This document shows positions 50,801 to 59,658 of a DNA stretch of 64,000 nucleotides, piece after piece; position 1 is the first letter of the stretch; each line of letters starts with the position of its first letter. The notes under the pieces were generated by a model, which did not search any database, had not been told where the DNA came from, and saw nothing but the letters and a program-made list of their open reading frames with translations. The DNA lies in NCBI GenBank assembly GCA_036519395.1, contig DATDLJ010000072.1, positions 4,893 to 68,892 on the forward strand. The letters are read 5' to 3'. Source of the DNA: Solirubrobacterales bacterium. Lineage in GTDB: Bacteria > Actinomycetota > Thermoleophilia > Solirubrobacterales > 70-9. The position numbers and the translations under genes are program-made.

Positions 50801-51694
50801 ATGAGCTCGTTCGACGATCCGGTGATCATCAGCTGCTCGATCAGTGGCGTGATCGCCAACCGCGACCAGTGCCCGGCGATCCCTTACACGCCGGAGGAGT
50901 ACGCGGCGGAGGCGCGGCGCGCGGTCGACGAGGGCGCCTCCCAGATCCACATCCACGCCCGCAAACCGGATGGCACCCCGTCTTATGAGGTCGAGGACTT
51001 CACGGCGATCACCGAGGCGATTCTGGCCGAGGTCGGCGACGTGATCATCAATTACTCGACCGGGGCGATCGGGATCCCAATCGAGAAGCGGATCGAGTAT
51101 CTACGCGCTTGCAGGCCAGACGTCGCCGCGCTCAACATGAGCTCGATGAACTACGCGAAGTACTCGAAACGGCGCAAGGACTTCGTCTTCAAGGCGGTCT
51201 TCGAGAACAGCTTCGACACGATTATCGAGTTCCTCACCGCGATGAAAGAGCTGGGGATCAAGCCCGAGCACGAGTGCTTCGATTCCGGCCACGTCGCCAA
51301 CCTCGATCCGCTGATCGACATGGGGCTGCTGGAGCCGCCGCTGCAGATCTCGCTGGTGATGGGCGTTACCGGCGGAATCCGCCCGACCCCGCGTAACGTC
51401 ACCCTGATGTCGGACCAGATCCCGGGCGGCCCGGAGGGGCCGAACCAGTGGCAGGTGATCGGCATCTCCCGCGACCAGTGGAAGCTGCTCGCCTCCTCGC
51501 TGATCCTCGGCGGCAACGTCCGCGCCGGGGTCGAGGACAACCTCTACCTGCCGAACGGGGAGATGTGCCGCTCCAACGGCGACCTGATCGCGAAGGCGCG
51601 GCAGATGGCCGAGGACATCGGCCGCCGCGCCGCCAGCGTCGCCGAGGCGCGCGAGCTACTGGGGGTTCCCAGGCGTGAGCGCTCTACCGCTTAG
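50801..51694 (+). CDS. BKACE family enzyme (3-keto-5-aminohexanoate cleavage enzyme-like, DUF849)
   Basis: VIISCSISGVIANRDQCPAIPYTPEEYAAEARRAVDEGASQIHIHARKPDGTPS... Confidence 0.88.
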   Translation: MSSFDDPVIISCSISGVIANRDQCPAIPYTPEEYAAEARRAVDEGASQIHIHARKPDGTPSYEVEDFTAITEAILAEVGDVIINYSTGAIGIPIEKRIEYLRACRPDVAALNMSSMNYAKYSKRRKDFVFKAVFENSFDTIIEFLTAMKELGIKPEHECFDSGHVANLDPLIDMGLLEPPLQISLVMGVTGGIRPTPRNVTLMSDQIPGGPEGPNQWQVIGISRDQWKLLASSLILGGNVRAGVEDNLYLPNGEMCRSNGDLIAKARQMAEDIGRRAASVAEARELLGVPRRERSTA

Positions 51695-52910
51695 CGACGT
51701 CAAGGTCCTGGACCTGACCCGGCTGCTGCCGGGCGGGTTCTGCTCGTTGCTGCTCGCCGACCTCGGCGCCGAGGTGCTGAAGGTCGAGGACACCGGGATG
51801 GGCGACTACATCCGCTGGGCGCCGCCCTATTACGGCACCGAGGAGCAGCAAGCGCTCGGCACCCGCTCGTCTCTCTACCTCTCACTCAACCGCGGCAAGC
51901 GCTCAGTCCGGCTCAACCTCAAGAACGACCAGGGGAAGGAAGCGCTGCTGCGCCTGGTCGCCGAGCACGATGTCGTCCTCGACGGCTTCCGCCCCGGCGT
52001 CCTCGACCGCCTCGGCGTCGGCTACGAGCGGATGCGCGAGGCCAATCCCCGGATCGTCTTCTGTGCGATCACCGGCTACGGCCAGGACGGCCCCTACACC
52101 CAGCGGGCAGGGCACGACATGAACTACCTAGGGCTGGTCGGCCTGCTCGGTCTGACCGGCGCCAAAGGCGGGCCACCGGTGCAGTCTGGAGGGCAGATCG
52201 CCGACCTTGGCGGTGGCGCCCTGATGGCCGCCTTTGGGGTGATGGCGGCGCTGCACGAGCGGGGACGCTCCGGCGAAGGGCAGATGGTCGACATCTCGAT
52301 GGCCGACGGCGCCCTCTCCTGGCTGGCGATGGTCGCTGGCCGTTACTTCTGCGACGAAGAGGTGCCGCAACGGGGCGAGCAGCAGCTCGCCGGCGGACTC
52401 GTCTGTTATTTGCCGTATGAGGCCAGCGATGGTTGGGTCACTTGCGGGGCGCTGGAGCCGAAGTTCTGGGCCGCCTTCTGCAACGGGGTCGATCGGCCCG
52501 ACCTGATCGAGAAACAGTTTGAGGCGCCCGGCTCCGAGGCCTGGACCGAGGTCGCCGCCGTCTTCCGCTCGCGCAGCCGCGACGAGTGGCTTGCCTTCAA
52601 CGACGAGCACGACTGCTGCATCGAGCCGGTCCTGGACATCGACGAGGCGCTCGATTCGGAGTTGGTGCGGGCGCGCCAGATGGTCGTCGAGCTGGAGCAG
52701 CCCGAGCTCGGCACCGTCCGCCAGCTCGGTAACCCGGTGAAGCTGAGCCGCACCCCCGCCGACCCCAGCCGCCCGGCGCCCGCCTTCGGCGAGCACACCG
52801 ATGAGGTCCTAACAGAGGTCGGCTACTCCGCCGAGGAGATCACGGCGATGAAAGAGTCCGGCGCCGCCGCCGGTCCTGCCGCCGAGCCGCAAGAGGAGTT
52901 CCGCGCGTGA
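51675..52910 (+). CDS. Family III CoA-transferase (CaiB/BaiF)
   Basis: LSDVKVLDLTRLLPGGFCSLLLADLGAEVLKVE...ITGYGQDGPY..AGHDMNY... Confidence 0.9.
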   Translation: MSALPLSDVKVLDLTRLLPGGFCSLLLADLGAEVLKVEDTGMGDYIRWAPPYYGTEEQQALGTRSSLYLSLNRGKRSVRLNLKNDQGKEALLRLVAEHDVVLDGFRPGVLDRLGVGYERMREANPRIVFCAITGYGQDGPYTQRAGHDMNYLGLVGLLGLTGAKGGPPVQSGGQIADLGGGALMAAFGVMAALHERGRSGEGQMVDISMADGALSWLAMVAGRYFCDEEVPQRGEQQLAGGLVCYLPYEASDGWVTCGALEPKFWAAFCNGVDRPDLIEKQFEAPGSEAWTEVAAVFRSRSRDEWLAFNDEHDCCIEPVLDIDEALDSELVRARQMVVELEQPELGTVRQLGNPVKLSRTPADPSRPAPAFGEHTDEVLTEVGYSAEEITAMKESGAAAGPAAEPQEEFRA

Positions 52911-53611
52911 GTTCCACCGGCACTCCCGATACCCAGAACCAACTGCTGCGAATGGGTGAGCTGGCCGAGGCCTCCGGGGTTCCGGCGCCGACGATCAAGC
53001 ACTACCTGCGCGAGGGCTTACTGCCGGAGCCGGTCAAGACCAGCCGCAACATGGCCTACTACCCACCCGAGTTCGTCGACCGGATCAAGCTGATCAAGCG
53101 CCTGCAGGAGGAGCGTTACCTGCCGCTGAAAGCGATCAAGAACGTGCTCAACGAGGATCCCGACCGAGCCAAGGCGATGCTTGAGCTCGGCGACCAGATC
53201 CTCGATCGCGCCCTTGCCGGCGAGCGCTCCCGGACTAGCGCCACCGATGTCCGCAAGCGCTACGGGTTGCCGAAGGAGGTCCTAGACCGCCTCGCCGAGC
53301 TCGAGGTGCTGACCCCCAACAGCCGCGGCTACTCACCCTCCGACGTGACGATCATCGAGGCGATCAGCCGCTTTCGCGCCGGCGGCTACGACGAGCAGAT
53401 CGGCTTCACCGTCTACGACACCCTCCGCTACAAAGCGGCATTGGAAGAGCTTGTTCGCCAGGAGGTCGACGTGGTGATGGAACGGCTCGCCGGCGAGGTG
53501 CCGCCGGAGCGGGTGGTCGAGATGCTGGAAGTCGGCGCCCAGCCGCTGAAGGACCTGATCGCGGCCCTGCACACCAAGCTGATGGTCGCCGAGCTCGAGC
53601 GGCGAAGCTAG
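52907..53611 (+). CDS. MerR family transcriptional regulator
   Basis: LLRMGELAEASGVPAPTIKHYLREGLLPEP... N-terminal MerR HTH. Last gene of the plus-strand acyl-CoA operon. Confidence 0.85.
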   Translation: MSSTGTPDTQNQLLRMGELAEASGVPAPTIKHYLREGLLPEPVKTSRNMAYYPPEFVDRIKLIKRLQEERYLPLKAIKNVLNEDPDRAKAMLELGDQILDRALAGERSRTSATDVRKRYGLPKEVLDRLAELEVLTPNSRGYSPSDVTIIEAISRFRAGGYDEQIGFTVYDTLRYKAALEELVRQEVDVVMERLAGEVPPERVVEMLEVGAQPLKDLIAALHTKLMVAELERRS

Positions 53612-56600
53612 CCGGCGGCGGAAGCCAGCGCCTCGCGCTCGGCTTCGATCTCGAGGACGCAGGTGACGGCGTTGGTTTCCTCGGCCACCTCCAGCGCTTC
53701 CTCGAGCGCGGTGACCGCGCCCTCCTGGCCGGCGGCGTGTCGCGCCCGGCCAAGCGCCAACAGCGCGATCGGCAGCGACCAGCGCAGCCCGCGTTCGCGA
53801 GATACCCGCACCGCCCATTCCGCCTCGGCGACGGCCTCTTCGGTGCGGCCGACGCCAAGCAGCGCTTTGGCGCGCATCTGCGAGCGCCAGCCCTCCATCT
53901 CGCCACCAATCTTCATCGCCTCGCGGTAGATCAGGTCAGCCTCCTCGATCGAGTCGAGTGCGTCCTGGTATTCCTCGGCCGCCAGCTGCGCCCAAGCGAG
54001 GTTGGCGATTGAGAGGCTGCGTGAGAAGACGTCGCCGATCCGCTCGGTCAGTTCGCAGTTTCGCCGCGCGATCGAAAGCGCCGCCTCAACGTCGCCCCGA
54101 ATCGCCAGCAGTCCGGCCTGGTTGCTGCGCACCCAGCTCGCGGTCTCCGGGTCGTCCGCCGCAGCGGCGATCTCTAGCGCGCGCTCAAAGTATGGGCCCG
54201 CGCCGTCGATATCGCCCTGCTCGCGCAGGACCATGCCTTTGCCCATCTCGGCCCAGGCGAGCGGGGTGTTGAGGATGATCCCGGCCCCGACCGAGAGGTC
54301 GCCGTCGGCGATCTCGATCAGCTCGTCAAGGGTGCGGTCGAAGCCGACGAAGTCGGCGGCGATCAGATATGCGTAGGCGCCGGCGGCGCGGATCGCGACC
54401 TGCAGATGGGGGTCACCGGCCTGGTCCGCGAGCCGGTTCATCTCCTCGACCTGCTTCAGCCACTCGTCGGTGTGGAGCTGCAGCCCCGGGCGCCCTGAAG
54501 CGGACATCTTCAGCAGCACGATCGAGTGAAGGTCGCCGCGGCGATCGGCTATCTCCTCCGCCTCGTCCAGCAGTTTGGCCTGCTCCTCCAGATCCATGCC
54601 GACCCGCCAGGCGAATTGGATCTGGGCCAGCCGGGAGGCGATCCCGAGCGCGTCGCTCTCTTCGTTCACCTCGAGTTCGCCGGACAGCTCCATCGTCTCG
54701 TGCCAAAGGCGCATCGCGTCGCGGGGCCGACTGTGGCCAGCCCAATGGGCGGCCCGGGCGGACCAGCGCGCCGCGTCGAGCGTCTCGCCACCCTGCTTCA
54801 AGTGGTCGGCGATCTGCGCCGCCCGCTCGTCGTGGCGCTCGGGCGGGATCAGCTCGATCATCGCCCGCGCCGCCGCCGCATGGGTCGCTTCCCGCTGGCT
54901 GGCCAGCTGGGTGCCGTAGGCGACCTCGCGGGTCAGGGGATGGCGGAAGGCGAAGCGCCGCTGCGGGTACATCTCGGCTTCGTAGAGGAATCCGGCGTCG
55001 ATCAGCGCCTGCTGGGTGGGCTCCAGCTCGTCCTCCCCAAGCTCCGCGGTCAGCCGCAAGGCCTCCCCGCTCACCTCCTTGCCGACCACCGAGGCGACCT
55101 GCAGGAGGTGCTTGGCTTCGGCGTCGAGACGGTCGATCCGCGCCGCCAGCACGGCCTGCACCGTGACCGGGACGCCGGCGTCCTCGATCGGCCGCGCCAA
55201 TCGGTAGGTGCCCTGCTCTCCTTCCAGATAACCGGACTCATCCAGCTCGCGGACGATCTCCTCGATGAAGAACGGGTTGCCGCCGGTGCGCTCGTGGATC
55301 GGCTCGTCGATCCCGTCCAGCGAGGGGTCGCAGCCGATGATGTCGCACAGCAGCTGCGCGGTGTCGTCCCGATCGAGCGGCTGCAGATCGATCGTCTCGT
55401 AGACCGGTGACTCGCTCCAACCCGGGGTGTGCTCGGGCCGGTAGTTGACCAGCACCAGGGTTGGCGTCCCGCCCATGCCCTCGACCAGGCCGTGCAGCAT
55501 CATCTGACTGCCCTCGTCGATCCAGTGCAGGTCCTCGACGATCAGGACCAGCGTCTTGCGCCGAGCCGGGTTGCTGACCAAGCGGCAGAGGAATTCGCCG
55601 AGAGCTCGCCCGCGGCCCTCGGGGTTCATCTTCGGCACCGGCCGCTCGGGGTCGGGGACGCCGAGGAAGTCGAAGACCAACGGCAGATCGTCGGCGAAGC
55701 CGGGATCGAGGAGCAGCGAGCGGCCGGCGATCTTCTCGCGGGCGGTCTGCTCGGGATCCTGGTCGCCGATCCCATAAAAGGAGCGCAGCATCTGCAGGAT
55801 CGGCATGAAGGGGATCGACTTGCCGTGCGATTGCGCTTGGGCCTCGAACACCTCCAGACCTTCGGCCCGGCAGCGCTGGGCGAACTCGTGGTAGAGCCGG
55901 CTCTTGCCGATGCCGGCTTCGGCAACGACCCCGACTGCAGTGGCCTCGCCATTGCGGGCGCGGGTCAGCGCCGCATCGAGCTGTTCCAGCTCTGCTTGGC
56001 GCCCGACGAACGCCGAGAAGCCGCGGACACGGGCCAGGTCAAGGCGCGAGCGCGCCTGTCCGACCCCGGCCAGCTCGAACACCTGCACCGGCCGGCTCGC
56101 GCCCTTGATCTCGAACTCGCCGAGGTCGCCAAGATCGAGGTACCCCCGGGCGAGCTCGGCGGTGCTCTCGGTCAAGTAGGCCTTGCCAGGCTCGGCCAGC
56201 GCCTCCATCCGCTGGGCGAGTCCTACGGTGTGACCGATCGCGGTGTAGGAGGAGTCGCCGCCCCCGCCGATCGCGCCGGCGACCACCTCGCCGGAGTTGA
56301 TTCCGATTCGGGTCGAAAAGTTGAGTCCCTTCTCCCGCCGCAGCTCGCCCGCGTATTCGGCGACGTCGTCGAGCATCTGCAGGGCGGCGTAACAGGCGCG
56401 ACTGGCGTGGTCCTCATGGGCAACCGGGGCGCCAAAGATCGCCATGATCCCGTCGCCGGTGAACTTGTCGACGGTGCCTTCGAAGCGGGTCACCGTCTCC
56501 GCCAGCAGCGAGAAGAAGCGCTGCATGATCTCGCGCCACTCCTCCGGGTCCTCCTGCTCGGCGAGATCCATCGAGCCGCTGACATCAGCGAACAGGACCG

Positions 56601-56643
56601 TCACCTGCTTGCGCTCGGCATCGTCCTTGACGGGTTCGTTCAC
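53608..56643 (-). CDS. Class III adenylate/guanylate cyclase domain fused to a P-loop STAND-type ATPase and TPR-like repeats (1011 aa)
   Basis: N-terminus KQVTVLFADVSGSMDL...FTGDGIMAIFGAP. Walker A AEAGIGKSRL. Long helical-repeat C-terminus. No LuxR HTH seen. Confidence 0.88.
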   Translation of the reverse strand: MNEPVKDDAERKQVTVLFADVSGSMDLAEQEDPEEWREIMQRFFSLLAETVTRFEGTVDKFTGDGIMAIFGAPVAHEDHASRACYAALQMLDDVAEYAGELRREKGLNFSTRIGINSGEVVAGAIGGGGDSSYTAIGHTVGLAQRMEALAEPGKAYLTESTAELARGYLDLGDLGEFEIKGASRPVQVFELAGVGQARSRLDLARVRGFSAFVGRQAELEQLDAALTRARNGEATAVGVVAEAGIGKSRLYHEFAQRCRAEGLEVFEAQAQSHGKSIPFMPILQMLRSFYGIGDQDPEQTAREKIAGRSLLLDPGFADDLPLVFDFLGVPDPERPVPKMNPEGRGRALGEFLCRLVSNPARRKTLVLIVEDLHWIDEGSQMMLHGLVEGMGGTPTLVLVNYRPEHTPGWSESPVYETIDLQPLDRDDTAQLLCDIIGCDPSLDGIDEPIHERTGGNPFFIEEIVRELDESGYLEGEQGTYRLARPIEDAGVPVTVQAVLAARIDRLDAEAKHLLQVASVVGKEVSGEALRLTAELGEDELEPTQQALIDAGFLYEAEMYPQRRFAFRHPLTREVAYGTQLASQREATHAAAARAMIELIPPERHDERAAQIADHLKQGGETLDAARWSARAAHWAGHSRPRDAMRLWHETMELSGELEVNEESDALGIASRLAQIQFAWRVGMDLEEQAKLLDEAEEIADRRGDLHSIVLLKMSASGRPGLQLHTDEWLKQVEEMNRLADQAGDPHLQVAIRAAGAYAYLIAADFVGFDRTLDELIEIADGDLSVGAGIILNTPLAWAEMGKGMVLREQGDIDGAGPYFERALEIAAAADDPETASWVRSNQAGLLAIRGDVEAALSIARRNCELTERIGDVFSRSLSIANLAWAQLAAEEYQDALDSIEEADLIYREAMKIGGEMEGWRSQMRAKALLGVGRTEEAVAEAEWAVRVSRERGLRWSLPIALLALGRARHAAGQEGAVTALEEALEVAEETNAVTCVLEIEAEREALASAAG

Positions 56644-56680
56644 GACAGCCAGAGATTACGCCCCCGGTAGCCTCACCTCT

Positions 56681-57517
56681 GTGCGATCTGTATTAGTCAC
56701 CGGCGCCTCGACCGGAATCGGCCGCGCCACCGCGCTGCGCCTGGATGCCTCCGGTTGGCAGGTGTTTGCCGGGATTCGCGATTCGGCCGCCGCTGAGAGC
56801 CTCCAGCAGGCTGCCTCGGCGCGGCTTGTCCCGGTCACCCTTGACGTCACCGAGCCCGATCAGATTGCCGCCGCTGCCGAGCGGATCGAGCGCGAGAGCG
56901 AGGGTGGGCTCGCCGGCCTTGTCAACAACGCCGGCGTCGCGATCCCGGGTCCGCTGGAGACGATTCCGCTCGAGGACTTCCGGCATCAGCTCGAGGTCAA
57001 CCTGGTCGCCTACGTCGCCGTCAGCCAGGCAATGCTTCCGCAGGTCCGCCGCGCCGAAGGACGCGTTGTCTTCGTTAGCTCGATCGGCGGCAAAGTCGCC
57101 TTCCCCTTCGCCGGCGCCTACCACGCGGCGAAGTTCGCGACCGAGGCGATCGGCGACGTCTTTCGCCAGGAGCTGCGGCCCTGGGGGCTGAAGGTCGCGA
57201 TCGTCGAGCCGGGCTCGATCGATACCCCGATCTGGGAGCGCGGCCAGCGCAAAGGCGATGAGATCGAGGCCAGATCGCCGCGGACCAAAATCCTCTACGG
57301 GCCGGCGATCGAGCGCTTCCGCAAAGCGATTGAGGACACGGCCGCGCGCGGTATCCCGCCGGAGAAGGTCGCGAAGGCAATCTCGCACGCGCTCGAATCG
57401 AGCCGGCCGAAGAGTCGCTATTTGGTTGGGCTGGACGCCAAGGTGCAGGCGCGAATCCAGCCATTCATCCCAACTCCTCTGTTTGACCGAATCGTCGCCC
57501 GGGGCCTGGGCCTCTAA
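56681..57517 (+). CDS. SDR family oxidoreductase
   Basis: VRSVLVTGASTGIGRATALRL...NNAGV...YHAAKFATEA... GTG at 56681, in frame with ORF 56444..57517. Confidence 0.88.
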   Translation: MRSVLVTGASTGIGRATALRLDASGWQVFAGIRDSAAAESLQQAASARLVPVTLDVTEPDQIAAAAERIERESEGGLAGLVNNAGVAIPGPLETIPLEDFRHQLEVNLVAYVAVSQAMLPQVRRAEGRVVFVSSIGGKVAFPFAGAYHAAKFATEAIGDVFRQELRPWGLKVAIVEPGSIDTPIWERGQRKGDEIEARSPRTKILYGPAIERFRKAIEDTAARGIPPEKVAKAISHALESSRPKSRYLVGLDAKVQARIQPFIPTPLFDRIVARGLGL

Positions 57518-57565
57518 CTTCGGGCGCCGCTGACGCCTGCTGTCGCTCATATACTGAGTGCGCCG

Positions 57566-57579
57566 ATTGACTGGTCAAT
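57566..57579. promoter_or_regulatory. Palindrome ATTGAC-TG-GTCAAT upstream of the nitrilase-TetR operon (candidate TetR operator)
   Basis: Read directly. It lies 4 nt upstream of the GGAGG that precedes GTG 57597. Confidence 0.45.
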
Positions 57580-57596
57580 CAATGGAGGTCTCGGCG

Positions 57597-58430
57597 GTGC
57601 GTGTAGCGGCGGTGCAGCTCAATTCAAACGGGGACAAGGCGCGGAATCTCGCAACTGCAGAGTGCCTGGTGCGCGAGGCGGCCGGCGATGGTGCGGAATT
57701 CGTCGCCCTGCCGGAGAAGTGGAACCTGCTGGCCGGCGGTGAGGAACTCGCTGCCGGGGCGGAGTCGCTGGACGGGCCGAGCTTGAGCGCCGCCCGCGGT
57801 TGGTCCCGGGACCTGGGCATTCACCTGCTGGCGGGGAGCATTTCCGAGCGAAGAGGAGAGGGAAAGAAAGCCTCCAATACCTCGGTCTTGATTGGACCCG
57901 ACGGCGACGATCTCGCCGTCTACCGCAAGATCCACATGTTCGACGTTGACGCCGGCGGCGTTGCCTATCGCGAGTCCGAGCACGAGCAGCCTGGCGACGA
58001 AGCAGTGGTCTCTCAGCTCGGCGACCTCACCGCCGGGATGACCGTCTGTTACGACCTTCGCTTTCCGGAGCTATTCCGGATTCTCGCCCTGCGCGGCGCT
58101 CGCCTAATTGCCGTCCCATCTGCCTTCACCCTCGCCACCGGCCGCGACCACTGGGAAGTGCTGCTGCGGGCGCGGGCGATCGAGAACCAGCTCTTCGTCC
58201 TGGCGCCGAACCAGTGGGGGGAGGCGCCGCCGCACTACAGCTCCTTTGGTCATTCGCTGATCGTTGATCCTTGGGGGGTAGTGCTGGCTCAAGCGTCGGA
58301 CGGGGAGTGCTTCGTGGTCGCCGACCTTGACTTCGCCTCGCTCGACCAGATTCGCGAGTCGCTCCCCTCCCTTGCCAATCGCCAGCCCGGCGCCTATGTC
58401 TGGCCGCAATCGACGGAGAGCCGCGGCTGA
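57597..58430 (+). CDS. Carbon-nitrogen hydrolase (nitrilase superfamily)
   Basis: VRVAAVQLNSNGDKARNL...LPEKW...YRKIHMFD...CYDLRFPELF... (E-K-C triad context). GTG 57597 has GGAGG 8 nt upstream. The ORF-track start is 57558. Confidence 0.88.
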   Translation: MRVAAVQLNSNGDKARNLATAECLVREAAGDGAEFVALPEKWNLLAGGEELAAGAESLDGPSLSAARGWSRDLGIHLLAGSISERRGEGKKASNTSVLIGPDGDDLAVYRKIHMFDVDAGGVAYRESEHEQPGDEAVVSQLGDLTAGMTVCYDLRFPELFRILALRGARLIAVPSAFTLATGRDHWEVLLRARAIENQLFVLAPNQWGEAPPHYSSFGHSLIVDPWGVVLAQASDGECFVVADLDFASLDQIRESLPSLANRQPGAYVWPQSTESRG

Positions 58431-59029
58431 TGGCGCAGGCGCCGCCCGCTGACAAGCGCCGCTTGATCCTCGACGCCGCCGTGCGGGTCTTTGCCCGTCA
58501 GGGATTCCACGCGACCCGGGTCTCCGACATCGCCGATGAGGCGGGCGTCGCCTACGGCCTCGTCTACCACTACTTCAGCTCAAAGGACGAGGTCCTGAAC
58601 GAACTCTTCATCGAGCGCTGGTCGTTGTTGCTGGTGGCGATCGAGGAGGCGGATAAGACGGCCGCCACTCCCCGCGAGAAGCTGGGGGCTGTGGCTACGT
58701 TCATCTTCGATTCCTACCGCCACGACCCGGAGCTGATGAAGGTGATCATCGTCGAGGTGACCAGGGCCGCCAACTCCTTCGGTCGCACCCACCTGGAGGA
58801 AATCCGCCGCGCTTATGAGTCGATCGCCAAGATCGTCGACGATGGGCAGGCGAGCGGCGACTTTCGCGGCGACGTGGCGCCGATGTTTGCCTCGATGTCG
58901 TTCTACGGCGCGATCGAGCAGCTGCTCTCGGGTTGGATCTTCGGCACCATCCCCGCCTCGGACACCGACTTCGATCAGGCGCGGGATCTCCTTGTCACCA
59001 CGATCTGCGACGGCTTGGAGCCGCGCTGA
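58430..59029 (+). CDS. TetR/AcrR family transcriptional regulator
   Basis: KRRLILDAAVRVFARQGFHATRVSDIADEAGVAYGLVYHYFSSKDEVL. The start overlaps the nitrilase stop. Confidence 0.9.
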   Translation: MAQAPPADKRRLILDAAVRVFARQGFHATRVSDIADEAGVAYGLVYHYFSSKDEVLNELFIERWSLLLVAIEEADKTAATPREKLGAVATFIFDSYRHDPELMKVIIVEVTRAANSFGRTHLEEIRRAYESIAKIVDDGQASGDFRGDVAPMFASMSFYGAIEQLLSGWIFGTIPASDTDFDQARDLLVTTICDGLEPR

Positions 59030-59071
59030 CATGGTTTACTGCCGACTCCCCATGGGAAAAGGTTTGAGCTA

Positions 59072-59206
59072 GTGGACAACGAGTTGGTCAAGCGCCTGGT
59101 CTGGAGCGGCCTCCTGGCCGCCACCGGCGCGCTCGCGAGTATCGCCGCCGCGCGCATCGCGGGCCTCGTCTACCGCCGCATCTACAACGAGGACCCACCG
59201 GATTGA
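59072..59206 (+). CDS. Small membrane protein (DUF4235-like, 44 aa)
   Basis: Own translation: VDNELVKRLVWSGLLAATGALASIAAARIAGLVYRRIYNEDPPD. Its position before the Holin-X/DUF3618 pair is typical of actinobacteria. Confidence 0.4.
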   Translation: MDNELVKRLVWSGLLAATGALASIAAARIAGLVYRRIYNEDPPD

Positions 59207-59208
59207 CG

Positions 59209-59658
59209 ATGCCGGAGCCGCCGCAGAACCCACCGCCGATACCGCCCTCCGGGCCCACGCCGCCTGACGATCAGCGTTCGCTCGCAGATCTTGTCGTCGA
59301 CGTCTCCGAAAATGCTTCGACGCTGGTGCGCGAGGAGATCGAGCTGGCGAAGGCCGAGGTTTCCGAGAAAGTCGGAAAGATTCTTCGCGGTTCGGTTGTC
59401 GGCATCGCCGCCGGCGTCTTCGCCTTTCTTGCCTTGATCCTGATCATGCACGGGATCGCCTGGCTGCTCGCCGAAGAGCTGTTTGACGGAAACGTCTGGC
59501 CTGGCTACTTCGTCGAGGGCGCTGTCTTCTTGTTGATCGCGGCCTTGGCCGGCTGGATCGCTTCCAAAGCCCTCAAATCCGGCGCTCCGCCGGTGCCCGA
59601 GCAGGCGATCGAAGAGGCAAAGCTGACCAAGGAGATGCTGGAAAAGGAGGTCTCATGA
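59209..59658 (+). CDS. Phage-holin-family (Holin-X, Phage_holin_3_6-like) membrane protein
   Basis: ...SLADLVVDVSENASTLVREEIELAKAEVSEKVGKILRGSVVGIAAGVFAFLALILIMHGIAWLL... ATG at 59209. The ORF-track TTG is at 59203. Confidence 0.8.
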   Translation: MPEPPQNPPPIPPSGPTPPDDQRSLADLVVDVSENASTLVREEIELAKAEVSEKVGKILRGSVVGIAAGVFAFLALILIMHGIAWLLAEELFDGNVWPGYFVEGAVFLLIAALAGWIASKALKSGAPPVPEQAIEEAKLTKEMLEKEVS

